Both the position numbers and the translations under genes were made by a program. Of a DNA stretch of 57,223 nucleotides, positions 1 to 8,867 are shown in pieces. This DNA is from Spartobacteria bacterium. Its GTDB lineage: Bacteria; Verrucomicrobiota; Verrucomicrobiia; Chthoniobacterales; DASVRZ01. Within the stretch, counting starts at the first letter, position 1, and each line of letters starts with the position of its first letter. Location: NCBI GenBank assembly GCA_043758065.1, contig JAYVOE010000078.1, positions 1 through 57,223 of the forward strand, written 5' to 3'. The notes beneath the pieces are model-generated. The model was not told the DNA's origin, did no database searches, and worked only from the letters and a program-made list of their open reading frames with translations.

Positions 1-804
<804 letters not shown>

Positions 805-838
805 ACTTCGAGAGGAATCCCGGCGCACGCATTTCTCG

Positions 839-2188
839 TCAGGATCGTGGCGAGCGTTTAGTGAGAAACCAGAAACGCGCGATACCAAAAAACGCTGCGA
901 GCGCCAATCCAACGGCGAGCGAAATCCAGATGCCGCGACCATTCATGTGGCGAACGAAGGCCAGGTAATAGGCCAGCGGCAGCGCGATCACCCAGTAGGC
1001 GACAAAGGCGGTGAGCGTCGGCACGCGGACATCGGAAAGGCCATTCAGGCACCCACCGGCGATGACTTGCAGGCCGTCAAATATTTGGAAAATACCCGCG
1101 ATCGATAGCAATCCAGCCGCCATGAAAACCACGTCCTGTTCTTTCACAAACCAGCTCGCGATCGTGCCGCCGAATGTTAGAAAAACCAGCGCGAACGCTC
1201 CCATCACCATCGTCCCGATCGCCATCGCAGACAGGCCGATCGTGAGAAGTCGGCTGCGTTGATTCGACCCGACGGCGTGTCCGACGCGGATGCGCGCGGC
1301 GAAGGAAATCCCCAGCGGAAACATGAACGTCGTTGCCGCGCAATTGATCGCGATCTGATGCGACGCCAGCGTTTTTGCGCTGATCCAGCCCATCATGATT
1401 GCGGCGCAGCCAAACGCGCCGACTTCCATCATGAGCGACAACGAAAGCGGCGCGCCGAGTTTCGCCATCGTCCACAGCCGCGCATTTTCGAGTCGCGCAA
1501 ACCAGCGTTTCGGCAGCGCCGATTGATAAAATGACCCGCGCAAAACACAGGCGAGTAAGATCGATATGGAAACGATCCGCGCCGTGAGCGTGCCGAGACC
1601 TGCGCCGACCAAGCCCAGCGCCGGTGCGCCCCAGTTTCCATAGATGAAAATCCAGTTCAGAAACACGTTTAGCCCGACGGCGGAAAGCATGATCACCATC
1701 GGCAGCCACGGGCAGTGCAGCGCCTCGCTGAACTGCTTCAGGCATTGCTCGAGCATCGCCGGAACGAGCGACCAGGCGACGATCCGCAAAAACGGAATCG
1801 CCTGAGCCACGACGTCCGGTTCCTGTCCGAAATGATTCAGGTAGAACGACAAACCCGTGACCAGTGAGGCGACTGCAACTCCGATGGAAAGTGCGATGAA
1901 CAACCCATGGCGCAAGATTTGACCCGCCTCCCGCGCATCTTCGCGCCCGTGGGCTTGCGATGCGAGGATCGTCACTGGAATTTGAAAACCCAGGCCAATG
2001 ACGAAGAATACCGTCAGGATGACCGACGCAAACGACGCCGCAGCCAGCGGCACGACCCCGACGCGACCGACCATCACCGTGTCGGCGACGCCCATCAGCA
2101 TCTGACTTACCTGCCCCGCCATCATCGGCACAGCGAGGCTCAACGTCAGGCGAGCTTCACGCCAGAAGGAATTTTCAGTCGAGTTCAA
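839..2188 (-). CDS. MATE family efflux transporter
   Basis: 449-aa multi-pass hydrophobic ORF. N-terminus FWREARLTLSLAVPMMAGQVSQMLMGVADTVMVGRVG is typical of MATE (NorM/DinF-like) pumps. The only in-frame start is TTG at 2188. Confidence 0.85.
   Translation of the reverse strand: MNSTENSFWREARLTLSLAVPMMAGQVSQMLMGVADTVMVGRVGVVPLAAASFASVILTVFFVIGLGFQIPVTILASQAHGREDAREAGQILRHGLFIALSIGVAVASLVTGLSFYLNHFGQEPDVVAQAIPFLRIVAWSLVPAMLEQCLKQFSEALHCPWLPMVIMLSAVGLNVFLNWIFIYGNWGAPALGLVGAGLGTLTARIVSISILLACVLRGSFYQSALPKRWFARLENARLWTMAKLGAPLSLSLMMEVGAFGCAAIMMGWISAKTLASHQIAINCAATTFMFPLGISFAARIRVGHAVGSNQRSRLLTIGLSAMAIGTMVMGAFALVFLTFGGTIASWFVKEQDVVFMAAGLLSIAGIFQIFDGLQVIAGGCLNGLSDVRVPTLTAFVAYWVIALPLAYYLAFVRHMNGRGIWISLAVGLALAAFFGIARFWFLTKRSPRS
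2172..2188 (+). repeat. dispersed motif copy
   Basis: ttttcagtcgagttcaa, between the MATE start and the acyltransferase stop. Confidence 0.7.
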
Positions 2189-2194
2189 GTGAAT

Positions 2195-3199
2195 TCAGGG
2201 AATGACGCGTTGCCAGAGTTTTTGCAATCCATAAGAGAAGACGAGCGCCACGGGCAGCAGGACGAGCAGATACCAACTTTGCCGCAGCCAGGGCGAAGCT
2301 GGGTGATAAAATATTTCGCCGAAATGATAGATGATCCGATGGCTGAGATAGAGCACGAAGGACGCTGTCGCGAGAAACTCGATCAAGCCCGATGACAACC
2401 CGCGGCAGGCAGTTCGCGAGAAGAAAATCAGCCACGGCAATGCGGCGAGAAAGAGGTAAACGACAAAAATCATGTGAGTTTCATCGTTATCACGTGGGCC
2501 TTTTCCACCGATCAGGAAGACGAGCACGAGGAGTGCGACGGATGCGATGACGAGGTTTCTTCTGCGTGGCTGGAGGAACGCCTTGTCCAGACGAGGAGCG
2601 AAATTCAGCAAAATCCCGAAGGCAAACGCTACCAAGTTTGGAAACAATCGCGGGTCAATCCACTGCGACTCGAATCGAAAAACCAGCATCACGCCGATCA
2701 GCGCTGCCGTGATCAAACCGATCTTCCACGGTCGCGGACGCCAGAGATAGAACGGCGTAACGGCGTAGAACAGAAAGATCATCGAGACAAACCAGAGCGT
2801 CAGCAGATTCCAGTTGAGCAGCGTATTTACCAACAAAGCCGACGGCAGAAACAAATTCCTCGGCGCCAACCCGAGCTGCACAAAGGCGTAGAGCGCCGCC
2901 AGATAAAGCGGGTAGATTTTTGCCAGCCGGCGCCAATAGAAATTGCCGACCGATTTCCAGTCGGTGATCCGGGTTTTTCCACCGAGCAGATAGCCGGACA
3001 AGAAACAAAACAACGCCAGCGCGACCCGGGCCAGCCAACCCGCCAGCGAACCCGGCATTCGCCAAACCCAGATTTCCTGGATGTGATAATAACCAACGAT
3101 GTAAAGCACCGCGCCGCCACGCAAAAGATCCAGCGCCGCATCGCGCGCCGGAGGCTCCGCTTTCGGAGTGATAGCACTGGAACTCGAATCTGAAATCAT
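2195..3199 (-). CDS. acyltransferase family 3 (OafA/YrhL-like) membrane protein
   Basis: Multi-TM ORF with LDLLRGGAVLYIVGYYH near the N-terminus. ATG at 3197-3199 is preferred over the far GTG at 3250. Confidence 0.7.
   Translation of the reverse strand: MISDSSSSAITPKAEPPARDAALDLLRGGAVLYIVGYYHIQEIWVWRMPGSLAGWLARVALALFCFLSGYLLGGKTRITDWKSVGNFYWRRLAKIYPLYLAALYAFVQLGLAPRNLFLPSALLVNTLLNWNLLTLWFVSMIFLFYAVTPFYLWRPRPWKIGLITAALIGVMLVFRFESQWIDPRLFPNLVAFAFGILLNFAPRLDKAFLQPRRRNLVIASVALLVLVFLIGGKGPRDNDETHMIFVVYLFLAALPWLIFFSRTACRGLSSGLIEFLATASFVLYLSHRIIYHFGEIFYHPASPWLRQSWYLLVLLPVALVFSYGLQKLWQRVIP
3177..3195 (-). repeat. dispersed motif copy
   Basis: Motif strand tttcagattcgagttccag, 2 nt after the acyltransferase ATG. 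Confidence 0.7.
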
Positions 3200-3250
3200 T
3201 GACGCCCACCTTTTACTGTAAGAATCGCCTCGGTGCGACCGCCATTCCAC

Positions 3251-3271
3251 CGCAACTCCGCTGAGAATTTT
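3251..3271 (-). repeat. dispersed motif copy (CGGAGTT variant)
   Basis: Motif strand aaaattctcagcggagttgcg, about 50 nt upstream of the acyltransferase ATG. Confidence 0.55.
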
Positions 3272-3314
3272 CCCACTGGCAAACCCTGTTTTTTAGTGCA
3301 ATCTCACCGTCCCC

Positions 3315-4526
3315 GTGAGTCTCATTGTCCAAAAATTTGGCGGCACCTCCGTCGGCACCACCGAACGCATCCGCAACGTCGCCCAGCGCGTCCTCGCCAC
3401 TCAGAGCGAGGGAAACCAGGTCGTCGTCGTCGTTTCCGCCATGTCCGGCGTCACCGATAACCTCATTAAACTCGCACGCGACGTCTCGTCCGCACCCACC
3501 GAACGCGAGATGGACGTCCTCCTTTCCACCGGCGAACAAACCACCATCGCCCTCACCGCCATGGCCATCAACGCCCTCGGCGGCAAAGCCATCTCCCTCA
3601 CCGGCGCGCAGGCCGGCATCACCACCGACGGCGTCCACACCAAAGCGAAAATCGCCAACATCACCCCGAAGCAGCTCACCCAGTTTTTAGATGCGGGTTA
3701 CATCTGTATCGTCGCCGGATTCCAGGGCGAAACCGCCGACCGAAGCATCACCACCCTCGGACGCGGCGGCTCCGACTTGACCGCCATCGCCCTCGCCGCC
3801 GCCACCAAGGCCGACCTTTGCCAGATCTTTACCGACGTCGATGGCGTTTACACCGCCGACCCGCGCATCGTTCCCAGCGCGAAGAAAATCCCCGAGATCA
3901 GCTACGACGAAATGCTCGAAATGGCCTCCACGGGCAGCAAAGTCATGCAATCCCGCAGCGTCGAATTCGCGAAAAAATTTGGCGTCCTCTTCGAAGTCCG
4001 CAGCAGCTTTAACAACAACCCCGGCACCCTCGTCAAAGAAGAAACTATGAGCATGGAAAATGTCGTCATCCGCGGCGTCAGCGTCGATCGGAACCAAGCC
4101 AAAATCACCATCAACGGCGTCCCCGACCATCCCGGCGTCGCCGCCCGCCTCTTCACTGCCATTGCCGACGCGGACATCAACGTCGATATGATCGTGCAAA
4201 ACGTCTCCAGCAGCGGCACCACCGACATCTCCTTCACCGTCCACAAAGACGAACTGCCAAAAATCGAAACCACCCTGCGCCCCCTCGTCGTCGAAGTCGG
4301 AGCGAAAGGCTTCAGCGCCGTCGATGGGATTGCAAAACTCAGCGTCGTCGGCATCGGCATGAGAAGCCATTCCGGCGTCGCGGCGAAATTATTCGAGACC
4401 CTCAGCCAAGGCGGGATCAACATCCAAATGATCTCCACCAGCGAAATCAAAATCTCCGTCATCCTCGACGAATCAAAAATCGTCGAAGCCGCCAACCTCG
4501 CCCACGCCGGTTTTGGTTTGAGTTAG
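3315..4526 (+). CDS. lysC: aspartate kinase
   Basis: MSLIVQKFGGTSVG N-terminal kinase motif, two C-terminal ACT-like regions, 403 aa, GTG start. Confidence 0.95.
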   Translation: MSLIVQKFGGTSVGTTERIRNVAQRVLATQSEGNQVVVVVSAMSGVTDNLIKLARDVSSAPTEREMDVLLSTGEQTTIALTAMAINALGGKAISLTGAQAGITTDGVHTKAKIANITPKQLTQFLDAGYICIVAGFQGETADRSITTLGRGGSDLTAIALAAATKADLCQIFTDVDGVYTADPRIVPSAKKIPEISYDEMLEMASTGSKVMQSRSVEFAKKFGVLFEVRSSFNNNPGTLVKEETMSMENVVIRGVSVDRNQAKITINGVPDHPGVAARLFTAIADADINVDMIVQNVSSSGTTDISFTVHKDELPKIETTLRPLVVEVGAKGFSAVDGIAKLSVVGIGMRSHSGVAAKLFETLSQGGINIQMISTSEIKISVILDESKIVEAANLAHAGFGLS

Positions 4527-4528
4527 GG
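4511..4528 (+). repeat. dispersed motif copy (TTGAGTT variant) containing the lysC stop
   Basis: ttttggtttgagTTAGgg. Confidence 0.5.
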
Positions 4529-4581
4529 TGGATTCAGGGCGGCAGGCACTTGCTGCCACGACCGTGATCTCGAAAAGGTAG

Positions 4582-4602
4582 GGACGAGCGGCCCGCTCGT
4601 CC
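4582..4602 (-). terminator. GC-rich hairpin (9-bp stem, 3-nt loop), possible terminator read on the minus strand
   Basis: ggacgagcg-gcc-cgctcgtcc. On the minus strand it is followed by ctaccttttcg. There is no T-run on the plus strand. Confidence 0.35.
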
Positions 4603-4759
4603 GTGAATGTCACTCACACCTTAGCGGACGATCTCACATTCAGAAGGACTTTGAGAAGGAAGACATCCACGACTAGGGGAATGGTTTGCGCGACGATTTC
4701 GGGCCACGAAACACCGTAAAAGTGAGTTCCCTGCAACTCCGTTCATTTCTCGCTCCTCG

Positions 4760-4886
4760 TTCCCAAGTTGCACTTGGGAAGGGGCTTGTCCCGGCAACTG
4801 AGTTGCCCTAAACGTCGGCCATGAGTGCCAGCGTCCTGCCCAACCAAGTTGGGAAAACACGCGCGTTCCCAAACACATTTTGGGAA
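4760..4886. repeat. cluster of four short hairpins, three sharing TTCCCAA..TTGGGAA arms (REP-like)
   Basis: 4760-4780 ttcccaagt-tgc-acttgggaa; 4793-4807 ggcaact-g-agttgcc; 4839-4853 cccaac-caa-gttggg; 4866-4886 ttcccaaa-cacat-tttgggaa. Confidence 0.6.
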
Positions 4887-4924
4887 ACGAGGGGACCAGA
4901 ACCACAATGACCGATGTGGCAGGT

Positions 4925-5278
4925 TTACCTGGATTCTGAGTCTTCGCTGAGAACCTTCTCAACCTCGTCCTTGAGCAGGCTCAACTTACTTTGAACCACA
5001 TCCCAAAGTAGTTCGTCGTCCACACTGTCGTAGCCATGGATCAGCCGATTGCGCAGGCCGATGATGCGGTGAAATTCCGGGATACGCGCTGCCAATGTTG
5101 AATTCACGCGCCCAGCGTGATTCAGGGCCTCGCCCACGATCTCAAATTGACGTTCCACAGCAGATCGCAAGAGGTGGTCTTTCTCGTAATCAGCGAAAAT
5201 TTTACCCGAAACGAACTCCTGAATGGCCTCGCACGCAGCGATCACGTCGAGCAGCCTTTGTCCGGCTTCACGCGCCAT
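4925..5278 (-). CDS. hepT: HepT-like HEPN toxin (DUF86, nucleotidyltransferase substrate-binding protein)
   Basis: MAREAGQRLLDVIAACEAIQEF.. with RNRLIHGYDSVD (the Rx4-6H HEPN motif). ATG at 5276-5278 overlaps the upstream MNT gene by 11 nt. Confidence 0.8.
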   Translation of the reverse strand: MAREAGQRLLDVIAACEAIQEFVSGKIFADYEKDHLLRSAVERQFEIVGEALNHAGRVNSTLAARIPEFHRIIGLRNRLIHGYDSVDDELLWDVVQSKLSLLKDEVEKVLSEDSESR

Positions 5279-5576
5279 AAACGACCTGGCGCTCGGCATC
5301 GATGGCACTTCGCAATTTCGGGTTGCGAATGGACCGTTCGGTGAGCATATCCACATGCCGTCCGAGAAGATTTTCCACGGCCAGGGTGAAATCGAGGTAT
5401 CGATCCGCATAGGAGCCCGGAGTGCGATCCGCAAAACTAACAATGAAATCGAAGTCGCTTTTTGCGGGGTCGAAATCTCCTCTAGCGGCTGAGCCGAACA
5501 ATTCCAGACGTTGCACGCCGTATCGGCGACATTCCAACTCTAGCTTCGATTTGTTTTTCTCGATCAGGGAGTTCAT
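5268..5576 (-). CDS. mntA: MNT-type nucleotidyltransferase antitoxin
   Basis: 102 aa with LELFGSAARGDFDPAKSDFDFIV (GSxxRG..D.D polymerase-beta-type NTase motif). Lies directly upstream of hepT with overlap. Confidence 0.8.
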   Translation of the reverse strand: MNSLIEKNKSKLELECRRYGVQRLELFGSAARGDFDPAKSDFDFIVSFADRTPGSYADRYLDFTLAVENLLGRHVDMLTERSIRNPKLRSAIDAERQVVYGA

Positions 5577-5603
5577 CAGGTTCGTGGAGATTTTAGAATC
5601 AAT

Positions 5604-5620
5604 CCGCTAAAACTTAGCGG
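5604..5620. promoter_or_regulatory. perfect 7-bp inverted repeat upstream of the MNT/HepT operon (candidate operator, or rnr 3' hairpin)
   Basis: ccgctaa-aac-ttagcgg, 28 nt upstream of the mntA start and 31 nt downstream of the rnr stop. Confidence 0.3.
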
Positions 5621-5650
5621 AAGCAAGCCGCTATCAGCCGTGATGGCCAT

Positions 5651-8068
5651 CTAGCGGCGGCGGCGGTTTTTGTTGCTGGACTTGGCGCCGCGCGGGGGGC
5701 GGCCCTTGTTGGCATCACGCGGGGTGAGTGCGTTGGAACTCGATTGGTTTTTTTTGCGAGGACTGGAGTCGGAGCGGCGGTCGTTTTGTTGAGTGGAGCG
5801 ATTACTGGAGTTGGAGCGCCGGTCGTTTTGTTGGGCGCTGCGGTTTTGTGAGTTCGATGGGACTCCGCTCTGTTTTTTGGCAGTGCCGCCAGAGGCCGGA
5901 GGCGAGCCAGCAAGGCGGAAGTCGATCTGGTTTTTCATTTTGTCCACTCGGCTGACGATCAATCCGACGCTTTGGCCGAGTTCGTAGCGGGTGCCGGTGC
6001 GTTTGCCGGAGAAGGCGCGGCGGACGGGGTCGAAGTGGAAGTAGTCGTCGCCCAAATCGGTGACGTGAACGAGGCCGGTGAGGCTGTATTCGATGAGTTC
6101 GACGACGAGGCCGTAGCTTTTGACGTCGGAGATGAGGCCGATGAATTCGTCGGGGTGAGTCAAATCCAACTGCAATGAAAAATACTCGAGCTTTTTGAGT
6201 TTCGTCGCTTCGCGTTCGGCGTCGGCGGAGGTGCGTTCGGTGGTGGAGATGTGTTCGGCGGTGACGGCGAGGTCTTTGGCGGCAGGTTGGATTTTGCCGG
6301 GCCGATGGTCGATCATGGCGCCGAGGACGCGGTGGACGACGAGGTCTGCGTAACGGCGGATGGGACTGGTGAAGTGGGTGTAGTTGACCTTCGCGAGGCC
6401 GTAATGGCCGAGGGCGCGGACGTCGTAGGTGGCGCGCTTGAGCGAGCGGAGGAGGCCGACTTTGAGGACGGGTTCGTCGGGCTGGCCGGACAAATTGGCG
6501 AGCAGTTTCTGGACTTCGCCTTTGACGGTGAGGTCGCCGGTTTTGTAGCCGGCGACGGCGAGGATTTCGCGGTATTCGGCGAGTTTCTCGGGGTCGGGTT
6601 TTTCGTGGATGCGGTAGATGCTGGGGATGGTGCGGTCTTTGATTTCGCGCGCGACGGTCTCGTTGGCGGCGAGCATGAATTCCTCGATGAGCTGGTGGGA
6701 TCGGTCGTGCTCGACTTTCTCGATGGCGATGGCGCGTCCGTCGCGATCGACGCGGACTTTGACTTCGGGGAAGTCGAGGTCGAGGGAACCGAGGGCGAAA
6801 CGGTTTTTGCGCAGGAGGGCGGCGAGGTCCCAGGCTTCGAGGAGTTCGCGTTCGACGGGGGAATGGGCGTTGCCTTCGAGGACGGCGAAGGCTTCCTGGT
6901 AGGTGAGGCGTTTTTTACTGCGAATGACGCTGCGGGAGAATGAGGCGCTGAGTTGTTTCCCACTCGGATCAAAACGCATCCAGACGGTGAAGGTGAGGCG
7001 GTCTTCGTCGGGGCGGAGGGAGCAGAGGCCGTTCGAGAGGCGCTCGGGGAGCATGGGCAAAACGCGATCTGGGAGGTAGGTGCTGTTGCCGCGTTCCCAA
7101 GCCTCACGGTCGAGGTCGGTGCCGGGGGTGACGTAGTGCGAGACGTCGGCGATGTGGACGCCGAGGAGCCAGCCGCGGTCGGTGCGTTCGACGCAGATGG
7201 CGTCGTCGAAGTCGCGGGCGTCGTCCGGGTCGATGGTGAAAATGGTGAGGTCGCGGAGGTCTTCGCGGCCCTCGGCGTCGGAGGCGGGCACGCTGGTGGG
7301 AAAACGTTCGGCGGCAGCGAGGATTTTGTCGGGGAACTCAGCAGGCAGGCGGTATTTCCGAATGATGGAAAGCATGTCCACGCCGGGCGCGTCGGAAGCA
7401 CCGAGGACCTCAATGATGCGGCCGGTGGGCGGTTCGTAGCGCTGGGTCCATTCGTCGAGTTCGACGACGACTTTGTCGCCGGGTTCGAGCGCGATCTTGG
7501 GGTCGGGTTTGTTCGTGAGGACGATCGGGAGCGGGATGCGGGGATCGTCGGCGAGAACGGTGCCGTTGCGTTTGTCGCGTTGGAATGTGCCGACAAGGGT
7601 GGAATTGGCGCGGGTGATGACGCGGACAATTTCGCCCTCCGTGGTGGTGCCTTGCTGACGGCCTTTTTGATTCGAGTTACGTCGTAATCTGGCCTCGACG
7701 CGGTCGCCATGCATCGCGACTCCGGTGTGTTCGCCAGCGATGAAAAGGTCGCTTTGGTCGGGATCGTCGCAGATGACGAAGCCGAAACCGCGCGCATTCA
7801 TGTCGAAGCGACCGACGATCAATTCGTCCTTTTTCGGCAGTGCATAACGGTTTTTCTTCAGGAGAATCACGCGTCCGTCCTCGGAGAGATCGCGGAGCAA
7901 CGCGCGGAGCTGATTGCGCTCATCGGGAGGAAGATCGAGTGCGTGGGAAAGATCGACCTTATCGAGCGGCTGATATTTTGTCGAGCCCATCAGCGCGAGA
8001 ATGCGCTCGGCGAGATTTGGTTTTGCCATAGTTGCGGGACTTTGCCACGAGTCCGTTGCTAAGGACAC
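5651..8068 (-). CDS. rnr: ribonuclease R
   Basis: RNB catalytic core (VHIADVSHYV, DFDDAI), S1 domain and a basic Ser/Arg/Asn-rich tail. Start is GTG at 8068 or ATG at 8029. Confidence 0.9.
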   Translation of the reverse strand: MSLATDSWQSPATMAKPNLAERILALMGSTKYQPLDKVDLSHALDLPPDERNQLRALLRDLSEDGRVILLKKNRYALPKKDELIVGRFDMNARGFGFVICDDPDQSDLFIAGEHTGVAMHGDRVEARLRRNSNQKGRQQGTTTEGEIVRVITRANSTLVGTFQRDKRNGTVLADDPRIPLPIVLTNKPDPKIALEPGDKVVVELDEWTQRYEPPTGRIIEVLGASDAPGVDMLSIIRKYRLPAEFPDKILAAAERFPTSVPASDAEGREDLRDLTIFTIDPDDARDFDDAICVERTDRGWLLGVHIADVSHYVTPGTDLDREAWERGNSTYLPDRVLPMLPERLSNGLCSLRPDEDRLTFTVWMRFDPSGKQLSASFSRSVIRSKKRLTYQEAFAVLEGNAHSPVERELLEAWDLAALLRKNRFALGSLDLDFPEVKVRVDRDGRAIAIEKVEHDRSHQLIEEFMLAANETVAREIKDRTIPSIYRIHEKPDPEKLAEYREILAVAGYKTGDLTVKGEVQKLLANLSGQPDEPVLKVGLLRSLKRATYDVRALGHYGLAKVNYTHFTSPIRRYADLVVHRVLGAMIDHRPGKIQPAAKDLAVTAEHISTTERTSADAEREATKLKKLEYFSLQLDLTHPDEFIGLISDVKSYGLVVELIEYSLTGLVHVTDLGDDYFHFDPVRRAFSGKRTGTRYELGQSVGLIVSRVDKMKNQIDFRLAGSPPASGGTAKKQSGVPSNSQNRSAQQNDRRSNSSNRSTQQNDRRSDSSPRKKNQSSSNALTPRDANKGRPPRGAKSSNKNRRRR

Positions 8069-8074
8069 GGAAAA

Positions 8075-8800
8075 CTACCCAGTGCTCTCGATGAAATCCG
8101 ACCGCAGCCAGATCTTGTCGGCTTCAACTACGCGACCGCCGACTTCGATCTCATTCGTTGTGGAATATTCCACGAAACCCTTCTCCGCCAGCAGCCCGCT
8201 GAGTGGAATGTAAGTCCCATCTTTTCCAAACGACACCTCGAGCAATATCGCCGCCGTCCGCTCCCAAAGCGCGCCCATTCCGGCAAGCGCCGACAACTCC
8301 GCGCCTTGCAAATCCAATTTCAACAAAAGGCGATTTCCACGAATCGGCAATGCATCCAGCCGTTCCGCCGCGACCTCCCAGATAGGACTGGAACTCGACT
8401 CACTTTTTTCTCCAACGACCGTGCACGACGTCGTCTCCGCGCTCGGTTGCGTCAGCGAAAGCCGCCCTTTTTCATGCCAAAGCGCTGCCTCCACCGTGGA
8501 AAAACCCTGCGCCCGCAGCGTCGCCGCGCAACCCGCATGTGGCTCCACGCAAATCAAATCCGCCGCAGGCAACGCCGAGCGCACAATCCGCGCAAACTCC
8601 CCCACATTTGCGCCGCCGTCGATCACGCCATCAAAATTTCCCCAACGCAAAAACGTTCGCAGCCGCGCATGACGTCCCCAGATTCTGGCCAGCGCATCGA
8701 GCGGCCGAGATAACACTGCAACTCCGCTGATTTTTTCCAGCGCAGCAATGCCGCATCGATAGAGAACCGGGTTCATCAAGCGCGACGCTAAAAGGCGCAC
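8075..8800 (-). CDS. FkbM family methyltransferase
   Basis: IDGGANVGEFARIV SAM-binding motif and LKLDLQGAE motif. Start is GTG at 8800 or ATG at 8776. Confidence 0.8.
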   Translation of the reverse strand: MRLLASRLMNPVLYRCGIAALEKISGVAVLSRPLDALARIWGRHARLRTFLRWGNFDGVIDGGANVGEFARIVRSALPAADLICVEPHAGCAATLRAQGFSTVEAALWHEKGRLSLTQPSAETTSCTVVGEKSESSSSPIWEVAAERLDALPIRGNRLLLKLDLQGAELSALAGMGALWERTAAILLEVSFGKDGTYIPLSGLLAEKGFVEYSTTNEIEVGGRVVEADKIWLRSDFIESTG

Positions 8801-8827
8801 TCTTCCGCGACAAGTGGGAAATCCGTG

Positions 8828-8864
8828 GTCAACTCGCGAAAATTTTGATTAGAGTCCCAGTTAA
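8828..8864. repeat. two divergent motif copies sharing an AAAATTTT centre between divergent genes
   Basis: Minus strand aaaattttcgcgagttgac (8828-8846). Plus strand ttttgattagagtcccagttaa (8843-8864), 3 nt before ATG 8868. Confidence 0.5.
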
Positions 8865-8867
8865 ATC

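Noticed and set aside
3200-3314. Lysine riboswitch (L-box) upstream of lysC
   Set aside because: The spacer is only about 115 nt, too short for an L-box, and I see none of its conserved helices. It contains a copy of the dispersed motif instead.
4621-4962. 113-aa ORF in the lysC/hepT spacer
   Set aside because: Its sequence is the translation of stacked hairpin repeats (SQVQLGNEE and similar) and it overlaps the hepT 3' end. It has no coding-like features.
5771-5838. 42-nt direct repeat (ggagcgSCggtcgttttgttg..) in the rnr 3' region
   Set aside because: It encodes the duplicated QQNDRRS segment of the basic low-complexity tail that RNase R proteins commonly carry. This is coding repeat slippage rather than a separate element.
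6313-7797. 494-aa minus-strand ORF (Pro/Ser/Thr/Ala-rich) and several 200-240-aa plus-strand ORFs overlapping rnr
   Set aside because: These are alternative-frame and antisense shadows of the high-GC RNase R gene, with low-complexity translations and no recognisable motifs. The rnr frame carries the RNB and S1 signatures.
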